From Acidobacteriota bacterium (GTDB lineage: Bacteria > Acidobacteriota > UBA890 > WLXD01): DNA of 64,000 nt. This document shows, in pieces, positions 1-8,809 of the stretch. The notes under the pieces are model-generated. The model was given only the letters and a program-made list of their open reading frames with translations. It was not told the origin of the DNA and did not search any database. The first letter of the stretch is position 1. The number at the start of each line of letters is the position of its first letter. The position numbers were made by a program, and so were the translations under genes. Location: positions 1,056,001-1,120,000 of the forward strand of contig CAXWPL010000005.1 of NCBI GenBank assembly GCA_963666215.2, given 5' to 3'.

Positions 1-639
1 GTGGGCCTGGCGACAGGGTCTTGCGAGTCGGAGGCAAGAAGAGAGGAGGCGGCGATGTTGAACGCATCGTTGACGACGAACGACGCAGCATACGACCGCG
101 GGCCCCTGCCGGATCTTTGCATCGGGGGGTTACGGCGAGTTGGGGCCGCAGCGCCGCGGGGTCCGGCGGCGGAATCGACTTTTTCTTGGAGATTCTTGAA
201 GAAAGGTTTCGTAAAAATCCCGAGTTCGCCGTTATTCAAAAGCCGGCGAGCGTCCATGACGCTCCGCCGCGCGCTGCCGACCGCGCCACTCGTGGACTCC
301 ACGCGGGCTGTAGCGAGTCTTGATGAACTCTGTGAGCCCTTCACCGGGTTCGCGGGGAGTTCGTGACCCCGGTCGCGTTGGTTCCACTGGATTTCAAAGG
401 AACCACCGGGCGCCGCCGGGGTCGCGTTCTCGCTGTCCGACCTGAGCCAATTCACCGACCCAGAGCGGCGGCCTCACTTTCCTCCGCGCCAGACGTGCGC
501 TCTCGCGGCCTTCTCATGGCCGCGCCATCCAGCCACCCGTGGGGGTCGCCGCGAGCGATCGGAAGAAAGGGCTGTGCAAGTCGGCACGGACGGTGCGTCT
601 CCAGTCTCGAGAACGTCGACCTCGAACAGCGGAGGCACC

Positions 640-3153
640 ATGCGAGACCGGACTGACAACCCCACGAGAACAACACCGAATCCATCGCGCGTCGCGCCCT
701 CGGCTTCAAGCTGCAGGCCATTGGCGAGCCCCTGGATGGCGATCTTCGCGGTTGCCGCGGCGATACGGCTGCTGACCCCGGCTGCCGCGGCAGCTCAAGG
801 CTGGCTCGAACCCGTCACTGCGGCCCCGCATCATGCTGTGGCGGGACGAGGCCACGATCTGCCGTTGCTGCCGATGTCGACTGATGTCGAGATCACCGTC
901 GAGGGAATGCAACGTGTGGCGCGATTTCGAGTGGACTTCGAGTTCGTCAATCGGTCGGGCTCTCTCTTGGAGGCCGACCTGTTTGTTCCACTGCCACCCG
1001 GGGCGGTGTTCGAACGGCTGACGCTCTACGACGGTGATCGCGAGCTCGCGGGTGAGATGCTGCCGGCGGCGGCGGCACGCGCGATCTACGAGCGCATCGT
1101 GCGACAGCGGCGCGACCCGGGGCTGGTCGAGCTCGCCGGCCACGGCCTGCTGCGGGCCCGCGTCTTTCCGCTCGAACCGCGCGCTGAACGTCGCGTCACG
1201 CTGCGCTATTCACAGATTCTCGAGCGCACAGGCGACGCTCTCAGGCTCCTGTACAGACGCGCCGCGGGCCCTGCGCGCCATGGGCCCGCGGCGGTGTCGG
1301 GCCGATCTGGCGGAGCCGGCACAGCCGGACGGCCGCCGCGCCACGGAAGCACGCAGTCGCCACACCGCGAGGGTCGGTTCATCCCCGCGGAAGCTGCGGG
1401 CGACCTCTCGATCGCGATCAGCCTCACGCCCGCCTCGATGTTCGCCACACCGTACTCGCCGTCGCACTCGATCGACAGATCGTGGAGCGACGAGGACACC
1501 CTCGAAGTCCGCGTCTCCGACACAACGCCCACACGCGAGACACGGGACTTTCAGCTCTTCCTCCCGCTCCATACCGGGGTGGCGGGACTGGTTGGCGCCA
1601 GCCTCGTGACCCACCCGGCGGGCGACGGCGGCTACTTCATGCTGCTGCTGAACCCGCCTCCAGCGCCCGCTGACGGAACGCCCGTCGCTCGCGATCTGAC
1701 GCTCGTTCTCGACACCTCGGGCTCGATGGCCGGCGACAAGATCACGCAAGCGCGCGCGGCGCTTGCGGGACTGTTGGGCACACTGCGCCCAACCGACCGC
1801 TTTCGTCTGCTGACCTTTTCGAGCGAGGTGCGCGAGTTGGCGCCGGATCTTCTGCCGGCGTCGGCGAACAACATCGAGCGCGCCCTCCATCAATTGCACG
1901 CCCTCGAAGCCGACGGCAACACCAACCTCACTGGCGCCCTTCAGAGCGCTCTGGCCCACGAGACCCGCTCCGACCGTCTGTCGGTGATTGCGTTGCTCAC
2001 CGACGGCAAGCCCACGATCGGCGAAAAAGACCCCGAGCGCATCGGAGAGCTGGCCGCCGCGCTACGTGATGGTGAACGCGTATTCAGCTTCGGAATTGGC
2101 CGCGACGTCAACACCTACCTGCTGGAGCGGCTCGTTCACGAGGGTCGCGGTGCCTCCACCTACATCCGCGCTGATGAAGACATCGAGCCTGTGGTTGCCG
2201 CTCTCGCGCGCAAGATCTCGTCACCGGCCCTTACCGACCTCGAGATCATCGGGGCGCCAGCGACGCTCGAGGAGATCTACCCACGTTCCGTGCCCGACCT
2301 CTTCCACGGTGAAGAGCTCGTGCTCGTGGGCCGATACCGGCTCGATGGCTCCGGGGCTGACGCCGGAAACGGTGAGCTACGCATCGGTGCACGGCGTGGA
2401 GACCGGCCGGTTCAACTCGCCTACTCGGTGAGCTTCGACCAAAACGATTCCGAACGTCGAAACTCCTTTCTGCCGCGTCTGTGGGCCGCCCGCAAGGCAG
2501 GTGCCCTTTCGGCCGAGATTCGTGTGTCGGGGCGCAGGCCGGATCTCGTTGCTGAGCTTCGCGATTTGGCACTGCGCTATGGCGTGCTCACCGACATGAC
2601 GTCTTATCTGGTGGAGGAGCCCCACGGCCGAGCCCTCCCGAGCGCGGCAATGGTGCCGCACGCCGGTGAAGGGGAGTCCGCAGCCGACGCAACGGGCGCG
2701 CTCGCTTTCCGCGCGGCCGCTCAGAGCAGCGAGCTTCGTGCCGTCAACGACATCGCGAGTCTCAATGAGTCCGCTCGCAAGGCCCTGGCGGCACGGGCCT
2801 CGACGACTTCGCCATCGCCGCCGCGTGGACGCACCCAGTCCGGGCTCCAGGAGGGCGACCAGGACACCGCGTCGACGATCTTGGTCGCCGGCCGTTGGTT
2901 CCGTGACTCGGCCGCCGGCTGGGTAGACGTTGCGCACGAGTCCGACGATCCGATCGCGCGGCTACGGGCCTTTGGCGACGGTTGGTTCGAGCTTTCCGAA
3001 GAGCTGCCGGCGCTGCGTCCGTTCTTGCGGCTGGGCGAGCGCGTTAAGATCGCTGGCAGGGGGCTGACGTTGGAGATCCATCCCGACGGCCCGGAGCGAC
3101 TCAACGCCAAGGATCTCGATCGCGTTGTCGCCGCCTTCGGCTCGGCGTGGTGA
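640..3153 (+). CDS. Exported VIT + von Willebrand factor A domain protein
   Basis: GGAGG RBS before ATG 640. Signal-like segment ending AAAAAQ. VIT-type segment (DPGLVELAGHGLLRARVFPL). MIDAS motif VLDTSGSM and LLTDGKPT. Confidence 0.85.
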   Translation: MRDRTDNPTRTTPNPSRVAPSASSCRPLASPWMAIFAVAAAIRLLTPAAAAAQGWLEPVTAAPHHAVAGRGHDLPLLPMSTDVEITVEGMQRVARFRVDFEFVNRSGSLLEADLFVPLPPGAVFERLTLYDGDRELAGEMLPAAAARAIYERIVRQRRDPGLVELAGHGLLRARVFPLEPRAERRVTLRYSQILERTGDALRLLYRRAAGPARHGPAAVSGRSGGAGTAGRPPRHGSTQSPHREGRFIPAEAAGDLSIAISLTPASMFATPYSPSHSIDRSWSDEDTLEVRVSDTTPTRETRDFQLFLPLHTGVAGLVGASLVTHPAGDGGYFMLLLNPPPAPADGTPVARDLTLVLDTSGSMAGDKITQARAALAGLLGTLRPTDRFRLLTFSSEVRELAPDLLPASANNIERALHQLHALEADGNTNLTGALQSALAHETRSDRLSVIALLTDGKPTIGEKDPERIGELAAALRDGERVFSFGIGRDVNTYLLERLVHEGRGASTYIRADEDIEPVVAALARKISSPALTDLEIIGAPATLEEIYPRSVPDLFHGEELVLVGRYRLDGSGADAGNGELRIGARRGDRPVQLAYSVSFDQNDSERRNSFLPRLWAARKAGALSAEIRVSGRRPDLVAELRDLALRYGVLTDMTSYLVEEPHGRALPSAAMVPHAGEGESAADATGALAFRAAAQSSELRAVNDIASLNESARKALAARASTTSPSPPRGRTQSGLQEGDQDTASTILVAGRWFRDSAAGWVDVAHESDDPIARLRAFGDGWFELSEELPALRPFLRLGERVKIAGRGLTLEIHPDGPERLNAKDLDRVVAAFGSAW

Positions 3154-3239
3154 GCACAGATTATCGCCGGAGCCGGGCGCACGGGCCGACGCACCGGGCC
3201 GGGCCGGCCGACTCGAGCCTCGTGTAGGGGGACAAGAGC

Positions 3240-3410
3240 TTGGATCGCGAGCAGGTGGATCTCGAGGCGCTGTACGCAGAGTGCTATCGACCGCTGGTCG
3301 GCTTTCTGGCGCGCCGCGTCGACCGCGTCGGCCGCGCCGAAGAGCTCGCTCAGGAAGCGTTCGTGCGCGCCATCGAGCATCGCCCTGAACAGCCGCGCAG
3401 CTGGCTGTTC
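3240..3410 (+). pseudogene. ECF sigma factor, N-terminal fragment (region 2 only)
   Basis: LYAECYRPLVGFL..AEELAQEAFVRAI..SWLF is typical sigma-70 region 2. Similarity stops after SWLF; the ORF then runs into the convergent surE gene with no region 4. Confidence 0.75.
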
Positions 3411-3435
3411 GGGCGGCTCTCCTCCCGACCTCGTT

Positions 3436-4359
3436 CTACTGACTCTGGTCCCAGGCCGGCAATCCGCCTTCGGCGCCGAGCGCCTCGCTCAGACTCGGGT
3501 CGCCCTCGTCGGCTCGCATCGGGATCACGCCGATGAAGCCCGCCCGGAAGGCCTCCGCGTCGGTGCCCGATGCGTCGGTAATATCAAACGCACCCGCACC
3601 TGCGACCCAGAGCTGCACTGCGTCGTCCGTCGGTCCGTCGGCCGATCGCGAGTAGGGCGCGGTGAAGTGCAGGTTGGAGCTGCGTACAACGCGGACCCCC
3701 TGGATTTCGGTGGTGGGCGCCGGAAAGTTCACCGCCAGGAACTGCCGGTCGCTCAACCCCCGAACGATCTCCGACCGCGCCAAACGCACAATCCAGCTGT
3801 TGATCTCCGCCAGGCGGTCGGCGCTTAGCGCGGGATTGCGGGCGTCGTAGCCGCCAGAGAGAGCGATCGCCGGCAGGCCGGCCATGGCAGCCACCCGTAC
3901 GGAGCCGACCGTCCCGGAATCAACCCAGGAGTCACCCAGGTCAGGCGCGGTATTGATGCCGCTGAGCATGAGGTCGGGTCGCACGTCGCCCAACAATCCG
4001 TTGAGCGCGAGGCGCACACAGTCGGCCGGGAAACCATCCACCGAATAGGCGGTGATTCCCTCCCCCATGTCCACCGGAGACACCTGAATGCGTCGATTCG
4101 CGAGCAGCGGAGAGTAGTGCGTGCTACTGCTGCGGTTCTGGCTCGGCGCCACCACGTAGACCTCGGCAACCTCGGCGAACGCTTTGGCGAGCTCCACGAG
4201 CCCCGGCGAGGCGATGCCGTCGTCGTTGGTGATCAGCACCCGCGCCGGCCAGTCTTGTGAGGTCGTCGTAGCCGCGTTGCTCGAAGGCACGTCGATCGCC
4301 CCCGCAGCAAGCGCGAGCATCCAACCGGCGGCCACCACACCGCGGCCGCCTCGCAACAT
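3436..4359 (-). CDS. surE: 5'/3'-nucleotidase SurE family protein with N-terminal signal-like extension
   Basis: VLITNDDG, VVAP, GFPADCV, SGIN and SGTV motifs; hydrophobic N-terminus. Confidence 0.9.
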   Translation of the reverse strand: MLRGGRGVVAAGWMLALAAGAIDVPSSNAATTTSQDWPARVLITNDDGIASPGLVELAKAFAEVAEVYVVAPSQNRSSSTHYSPLLANRRIQVSPVDMGEGITAYSVDGFPADCVRLALNGLLGDVRPDLMLSGINTAPDLGDSWVDSGTVGSVRVAAMAGLPAIALSGGYDARNPALSADRLAEINSWIVRLARSEIVRGLSDRQFLAVNFPAPTTEIQGVRVVRSSNLHFTAPYSRSADGPTDDAVQLWVAGAGAFDITDASGTDAEAFRAGFIGVIPMRADEGDPSLSEALGAEGGLPAWDQSQ

Positions 4360-4460
4360 CTCGCATCCTCCTCGCTCAGTTCGCCATCGGATCCAACTGC
4401 AACGTTACCCGAGCGACGGCGCCCAAGCTATCGACGGCACGGTGTCCCATGGCGATACGA

Positions 4461-4550
4461 TTGGCAATTGATGATCACTATTGACTCTTATCGATATTTA
4501 TTTCACTACAAAAGGGTTGTTTGACCGCTATTGATCACCTTAGACTATCT
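4461..4550. promoter_or_regulatory. AT-rich divergent promoter region with imperfect direct repeat
   Basis: Sharp AT-rich patch. TGATCACTATTGACTCTTA (4472-4490) and TGACCGCTATTGATCACCTTA (4522-4542) lie 50 bp apart. Confidence 0.45.
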
Positions 4551-4593
4551 TCCACAGGCATCTGTCTTCTTGGAGCGAGCCTCGCCGAAAGCG

Positions 4594-5520
4594 ATGAGCA
4601 CCGAGACAACCGACCCAACCAACACGCCCTCCGTCCACGCCGAGGCCCTCCCCGAGCTCGAGCGGACTTCGCTGTGGAGGAGCGTGCTGCACGATCGCTT
4701 CGTCGTGGCGGCGCTCGGGCTGCTCGCGATGTTCGTGTTCCTCTACTACGTGCCGCTGGTCTCTTCGGCGTGGCTCGGTGCCTTCATCCAGACCTGGACC
4801 GATCCCATCCTGATCCCGCTCGTTGTCGCCGGGCTGCTCTACGGCCTTCGCCATCGAACCGAAGAGGAGCGGACGTTCTGGAACCTGATCATCGTCTCGT
4901 ACCTCTGCTTTTCGGGAGGAACATGGCTCGGGCTTTTGTTCCCCGACCGGCCGCCTCGCACCGACCACGTCGTCCGCGCCGTACTGTTCATGGCGCACTT
5001 CGCCTGCATCTTCCTGGCGCTGTCGATGAACCCGCACGCCGGACAACAACGTCATGTGCGTGACATGCGCCGCCGCCTCGAGTCCTACGGGACGATCGCA
5101 TTCTGCGGCCTGCTGATCGCCTACTTCGTGACCACGCCCGTCTACCAGCTGCAGGGTGCTCTGGGCTCGACGGCACGCATGTCGATGTACATCGCCCTGG
5201 ACGTAGTGCTGATTTTCGCGCTCATGTACTCGGCGACCTACTGCCGCAACCGCCGCTGGCGCCTGGTCTATCGGTTCCTCGCGGCGAGCGTCGGCTGCTC
5301 GTTCTCGACCGACGCCGTGGAGCTCCTGATCCACACTGGGCGGCTGCCGCAGATTCCCTATGGAACGGCCTACGATTTCCTCTGGTACCTGCCCTACGGC
5401 TTCGCGGTTTTTGCGGCGGCAGTCGCGCGCGCACCTTCCGCAGAAACGTTCGACGACGATGCTGGCGACTCGCGCCGCTTACGTTTCCGCCTGCCGGGCG
5501 AGGCGCTCAAGGCGAGCTGA
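4594..5520 (+). CDS. Polytopic membrane protein resembling a sensor input domain, probably 3'-truncated
   Basis: About 8 hydrophobic segments. The pattern resembles membrane domains that usually precede kinase/GGDEF modules, but no output domain follows. Confidence 0.6.
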   Translation: MSTETTDPTNTPSVHAEALPELERTSLWRSVLHDRFVVAALGLLAMFVFLYYVPLVSSAWLGAFIQTWTDPILIPLVVAGLLYGLRHRTEEERTFWNLIIVSYLCFSGGTWLGLLFPDRPPRTDHVVRAVLFMAHFACIFLALSMNPHAGQQRHVRDMRRRLESYGTIAFCGLLIAYFVTTPVYQLQGALGSTARMSMYIALDVVLIFALMYSATYCRNRRWRLVYRFLAASVGCSFSTDAVELLIHTGRLPQIPYGTAYDFLWYLPYGFAVFAAAVARAPSAETFDDDAGDSRRLRFRLPGEALKAS

Positions 5521-5574
5521 CCCCGACGAGCGCGATTACCACGCCGTCGCCTGGCCCCGCGCATTGGCGAGTGG

Positions 5575-7131
5575 CTACGACGACAGGCGGAACCAGAAGT
5601 CAAACAGCTTGCGCACTCGGGGTGTCAAACCAGTACGCCGGTACGCATCGCCGGCCTTGCGGATGGCCTCGGCCTGCGTCGGGTAGGGATGGATCGTGCT
5701 CGAGAGCTTGTTCAGTCCAACGCCGTGAGTAATCGCCAGCGACAGCTCTCCGATCATGTCGCCGGCGTGCGCGGCGACGATCGTGGCGCCCAGGACGCGA
5801 TCCTTGCCGGCTTCGTGATGAATGCGTACGAATCCATCCTCCTCGCCGTCGAGCACTGCGCGGTCGACGTCGGAGAACGGAATGGTGATGGTGCTGACCT
5901 CGAGGCCGCGCTCGATCGCGTCGCGCTCGTACATGCCCACGTGGGCGATCTCGGGGCTGGTGTAGGTGCACCATGGCACCACCAAAGCGCTGGCCTTGGC
6001 GCGCCCGAAGAAGAGAGCGTTCTGGATGACGATGCGCGCCTGGGCGTCGGCGGTATGCGTGAACTTGAAGCGCGAAGCGACATCGCCGCAGGCGTAGACC
6101 CGCTTGTTCGTTGTACGTAGCCGATCGTCGACGACCACACCGTGCCGACTCGTGTCGATTCCGGCTTCTTCGAGCCCGAGTCCCTCGATATTGGGTGCAC
6201 GCCCGACAGCCACGAGCAGCTCATCGACAACAGTCTCGTGGCTGGAACCGTCGAGATCGTAGGTGACCGCGATCTGATCGCCGCGCTTGAAGACGCCGGT
6301 GACCGACGCGCGGAAAACGAGGTTGACGCCGTCTCGGAGCATGGCGTCTTGGACGATCGCGGCCGCGTCGGCATCCTCGCGCGGCAGGATGTGGTTGCCC
6401 ATCTCGAAAACGGTGACGTCGGAACCGAAACGCGCAAACGACTGCCCCATCTCGACGCCGATGGGTCCGGCTCCGATGACCCCCAGACGCCGGGGAAGAT
6501 CGGTGAGTGAAAAGACCGTCTCATTGGTCAGATAGTCGACGTCGCTCAATCCAGCAATCGGCGGCGCCTGCGCCCGGCCGCCCGTGGCGACAACCGCGCG
6601 GCGGAACTTCAACTTCTTGCCGCCGACCTCGATGGTGTCGGGTCCCAGAAAGCGGCCGCCACCCAGGTAAATGTCGACCCCCAGCCCAGCGAAGCGTTCG
6701 GCGCTGTCGTGGTGGCTGATCTTGGCGCGCAGCCGACGCATGCGCTCCATCGCAGCCGCGAAGTCGCCGGTGCCGGCGGGCCGCGCGGCGCCGAATTCCT
6801 GGTGTGCCGTCTTCACTGTGTGCCACGCCCGCGCCGAGCTGATCACGCCCTTGGAGGGCACACAGCCCACGTTCAGACAGTCGCCGCCGAGCAACCCTCG
6901 CTCGATCAACGCCGTACGCGCCCCAAGCCCGGCAGCGCCAGCCGCGGACACCAGACCCGCCGTGCCTCCGCCGATCGCTACGAGGTGATAGCGCCCGCGC
7001 GGCTCCGGGTTGACCCAGCTCGGCGGGTGGACGTGACCGACAAGAGTGCGGTTGTGCTCATCCGCCGGTAGCACGCGAATGGGCTCGCTCTCGCCGGCCG
7101 GGTTGTAGTCGTCTGCCGCGGAACTAGGCAT
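5575..7131 (-). CDS. Pyridine nucleotide-disulfide oxidoreductase (mercuric reductase/dihydrolipoamide dehydrogenase-like)
   Basis: GGGTAG FAD motif, GGDCLNVGCVPSK redox disulfide, GAGPIG NAD(P) motif, HPYPTQAE; no C-terminal Cys-Cys. Confidence 0.9.
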   Translation of the reverse strand: MPSSAADDYNPAGESEPIRVLPADEHNRTLVGHVHPPSWVNPEPRGRYHLVAIGGGTAGLVSAAGAAGLGARTALIERGLLGGDCLNVGCVPSKGVISSARAWHTVKTAHQEFGAARPAGTGDFAAAMERMRRLRAKISHHDSAERFAGLGVDIYLGGGRFLGPDTIEVGGKKLKFRRAVVATGGRAQAPPIAGLSDVDYLTNETVFSLTDLPRRLGVIGAGPIGVEMGQSFARFGSDVTVFEMGNHILPREDADAAAIVQDAMLRDGVNLVFRASVTGVFKRGDQIAVTYDLDGSSHETVVDELLVAVGRAPNIEGLGLEEAGIDTSRHGVVVDDRLRTTNKRVYACGDVASRFKFTHTADAQARIVIQNALFFGRAKASALVVPWCTYTSPEIAHVGMYERDAIERGLEVSTITIPFSDVDRAVLDGEEDGFVRIHHEAGKDRVLGATIVAAHAGDMIGELSLAITHGVGLNKLSSTIHPYPTQAEAIRKAGDAYRRTGLTPRVRKLFDFWFRLSS

Positions 7132-7999
7132 CGGTAATCTCCCGTAGGGCTTTGCGCGCCGAGCGCGTAACCAGCGTTGTTACGAGTAGGGTCGCGACCA
7201 AGCCGAGTACCTTGACGACCCAGTCTTCCGCGCCCCGTGCGGGCGCGGCACCGGCGGCGAGCGCGGCAACGTCGCCGCCGATGTTGCCGTAGTACACGTA
7301 CAACAGCGTCCCCGGCAGCATTCCCAGGTGAGCCAGCACATAGTCGCGCAACTTCACTTGGGTCAGGCCCAGGGAGTAGTTGAGCAGATTGAAAGGGAAA
7401 ACTGGCGAGAGTCGGAGCAGTGTCACGATCTTGAGGCCTTCGCGGCCGACTGCTCGATCGATGGCGGCGAAGCGTTGATTCCCCTCCAGCCGGCGCTCGA
7501 TTGCTTTCCGCGCCACGCAGCGCGACACGAGAAAGGCCAGAGTCGCGCCCAGCGACGCTGCAACGAACACATAAACAACGCCGCGGAAAAGACCGAAGAT
7601 CGCACCTGCCGAAAGCGTCAGCAGGGACCCCGGAATAAACGCCACCGTGGCAACTGCATAGCCAACGATGAACACGACCGGGCCCCAAACGCCCAGACCG
7701 TCGACCCATGCGGCAAACCGCGGCACGTAGGCACCGGCGGTCCGACCGAGCCAAAGCAATGCCACGAGCAGCACGGCGCCGGCGGCGATCTTGAGCACGA
7801 CCTGGGCGCGGCCGGCGACGGCGGGGGCAGGAGTTATGACGGGGGGTGGCTGCACGTCGTCGATCACGGCGAACCTCGAGCGAGGGAACGTCGGCGTTGG
7901 TTTGTCTGTCGATACACTCTTTGCAGCGATCGACCGCTGGTTTCGCGCGGCGAGCCACCGGGTTGGAATGAAGCGAGGCAACGAGCCCGACTCGTCCAC
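7124..7999 (-). CDS. TVP38/TMEM64 (VTT, DedA superfamily) membrane protein; true start probably downstream of 7999
   Basis: PGSLLTLSAGAIFG and LLRLSPVFPFNLLNYSLG motifs; overlaps the start of the oxidoreductase. Confidence 0.88.
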   Translation of the reverse strand: MDESGSLPRFIPTRWLAARNQRSIAAKSVSTDKPTPTFPRSRFAVIDDVQPPPVITPAPAVAGRAQVVLKIAAGAVLLVALLWLGRTAGAYVPRFAAWVDGLGVWGPVVFIVGYAVATVAFIPGSLLTLSAGAIFGLFRGVVYVFVAASLGATLAFLVSRCVARKAIERRLEGNQRFAAIDRAVGREGLKIVTLLRLSPVFPFNLLNYSLGLTQVKLRDYVLAHLGMLPGTLLYVYYGNIGGDVAALAAGAAPARGAEDWVVKVLGLVATLLVTTLVTRSARKALREITDA

Positions 8000-8145
8000 G
8001 CGACCAGGACACTAAGATATCGAAGCCACGCGAGCGAGCGACCCCCTGCAACACACAGTCGGTTGAGGCGCTGATCGCGATGCCTGCAACCAGCGCGGCC
8101 GGCGCGACCGCAAAACCGCAGTTGACGGCGCGAGGATCGGCGACG

Positions 8146-8796
8146 ATGGAGCGAGGCGAGCTGCTGTTCGACGGGCCCGCGGGGGCGCGGCACACCTTGG
8201 TGTTCGCTCACGGCGCCGGCGCGCCGATGGACGCCCCCTGGATGATGGACATCACTGCGCGACTCGCCGTGGCCGGGTTGCGGGTTGTGCGCTTCGAGTT
8301 TCCGTACATGCGCGAGCGGCGCGCCAGCGGCCAGCGGCGCGTGCCGAATCCGCCCAAGGTGCTCATGAGCTCCTGGGCCCACGCCATCGAGCACGCGATC
8401 GACGACCTCGACGCGGCCGACGGCCAGGGTCGGCGCCGACTGCTGATTGGCGGCAAGTCGATGGGCGGCCGTATTGCCAGCATGATCGCCGACGAAGCCG
8501 GCGGCGGCGGGCTGGTGTGCCTTGGCTATCCGTTCCATCCTCCCGGTCGACCGGAGAAGCTGCGCACCGCGCATCTCACAGATCTGCGCACCCCGACACT
8601 GATTCTGCAGGGCACACGTGACCCCTTTGGCCGCCCGGAAGAAGTCGCCGAGTACACGCTCTCCGACGCCATCCGTGTGCACTGGCTCGAGGACGGCGAT
8701 CATTCACTCAAGCCGCGTGTAAAGTCCGGCAGAACGCTCGAGCAGAACCTCGCCGAGGCGGTGGAACAAATCACCAGCTTTTCGAGCTCGATCTAG
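8146..8796 (+). CDS. Alpha/beta hydrolase (KANL3/Tex30-like)
   Basis: AHGAGA, GGKSMGG nucleophile elbow, GYPFHPPG, GTRDPFG, GDHS; GAGG RBS before ATG 8146. Confidence 0.88.
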   Translation: MERGELLFDGPAGARHTLVFAHGAGAPMDAPWMMDITARLAVAGLRVVRFEFPYMRERRASGQRRVPNPPKVLMSSWAHAIEHAIDDLDAADGQGRRRLLIGGKSMGGRIASMIADEAGGGGLVCLGYPFHPPGRPEKLRTAHLTDLRTPTLILQGTRDPFGRPEEVAEYTLSDAIRVHWLEDGDHSLKPRVKSGRTLEQNLAEAVEQITSFSSSI

Positions 8797-8809
8797 CCGG
8801 CAGCACGGG

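Noticed and set aside
1-639. ORFs 1..366, 21..323, 363..656 and others at the window start
   Set aside because: No recognisable motifs; an AT-rich patch near 175-240 suggests an intergenic region, perhaps before a minus-strand gene leaving the window.
5575-7131. merA mercury-resistance gene
   Set aside because: No C-terminal Cys-Cys, no N-terminal metal-binding domain and no mer genes nearby; pairing with TVP38 is a common arrangement.
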